Positions 63,110-64,000 of a DNA stretch of 64,000 bases are shown here, piece after piece. How positions within the stretch are numbered: position 1 is the stretch's first letter; each line of letters starts with the position of its first letter. The translations under genes and the position numbers were made by a program. The stretch comes from Raillietiella orientalis. Taxonomy: Eukaryota. Below the pieces are notes generated by a model. That model had not been told where the DNA came from. It worked only from the letters and a program-made list of their open reading frames with translations, and ran no database searches. The stretch covers positions 4,712,001 through 4,776,000 of the forward strand of contig JAYWIR010000001.1 in NCBI GenBank assembly GCA_036172245.1, in the 5' to 3' direction.

Positions 63110-63950
63110 GATTTATGGACCCCCGGAAGCCAGCTCGAAATCGTCAGAGAAACGCATGCGCAAATGGGCAGTTAACGGTCGGTAGAGCCTGGAGTCCCGT
63201 CCTACGCAATCACCGCCCAATGAACCTCCACTGCAGGAATTATTATTAGTAGTACTAAATATCGGTCTGAGAGAGTGCACATGCAAGCAAAGCCCACGAG
63301 ATCGTATCTCTCGGAAGAGAATTGCATCCCGCTGCAATCTGATCGCATGCCGTAATGAGGCTCGCAGGAAGCGCAGTCTCGAAATTGCCTTCCGAAGGAT
63401 TTCGCCCCGGAGGACGTGAGCAACACTGCGCGAGAGGAAAGTCCGCTGCGTGCTGCCTAGAGTGAGGGCGTGGGATGGGACGGCGCTGCCGGGCGAGCGG
63501 GAGAGCCACTCTCCTTCGTGCGCACCCCTCCCGTCCGGCCAGACAGGCCCACTACGAAGGGCAGGCCCGAATCGCGGTGTCCTCGATCCGGTGTCGGGAT
63601 GGTTTCTTCCCGGGAGTGGGTATCGATAGGGAACCTCGTCCGCAAGTCCTGCTCGCTCCGCATCCGGGTCACCCGGATTCCGTCTGAGCACTCCCCCCCC
63701 CCAAAGCGGCTACTTCTGAGAAACGTTGGACTTTGCTCCGCCGGAGCAAGGTCGAGTCCAGAGAGTGCGCCAGCCATCTTTTGGGGACTCTTGCTTCGGC
63801 AGATGAGTCCTTGCACACTCCGTGGTAGGTCCCCACGGTTGCCACCTCTCCGCCTGTCCATAGGAAACAGCATTTTTCATGAAATCTGTTTCTCCCCCGA
63901 CCGCAGAGGCTTCCGTAACAGGCTGCCGCGATTCTACGAGTGTCTTTCAT
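63110..63950 (-). mobile_element. LINE ORF1 to ORF2-start remnant
   Basis: YGSLCG...VATVG...VP ORF1-like segment; downstream ASLRHAIR...ILFREIR resembles an APE N-terminus. Confidence 0.45.
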
Positions 63951-64000
63951 AAGGCAGCCTGGGTCACTTGCCTGACTCTGAGACGTTCCGCCGTGGCTCA

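Overview
Eukaryotic, probably metazoan (arthropod-like) genomic DNA; the lineage is inferred from the 5' stem of a U6 copy and a DD34D-type mariner remnant. I found no intact host protein-coding gene, and the ORF track is essentially spurious or made of fragments of dead transposon genes. Most of the window is a nested graveyard of degenerate L1/Tx1-like non-LTR retrotransposons (ORF1 zinc-knuckle, APE endonuclease, RT and zf-RVT remnants), mostly on the minus strand. It also holds about 10 copies of a long (~850 bp) tRNA-headed SINE-like family with an internal array of ~40-bp units that repeatedly form C(UUCG)G hairpins, an internally deleted mariner, and a 3'-truncated U6 retrocopy. One LINE family has a conserved two-hairpin 3' end, and three of its copies sit inside or at the end of the SINE in the same orientation. 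Two of those copies form a near-perfect ~600-bp inverted repeat about 4.9 kb apart. Boundaries of the degenerate LINE pieces are approximate, read by eye from motif remnants across frameshifts.
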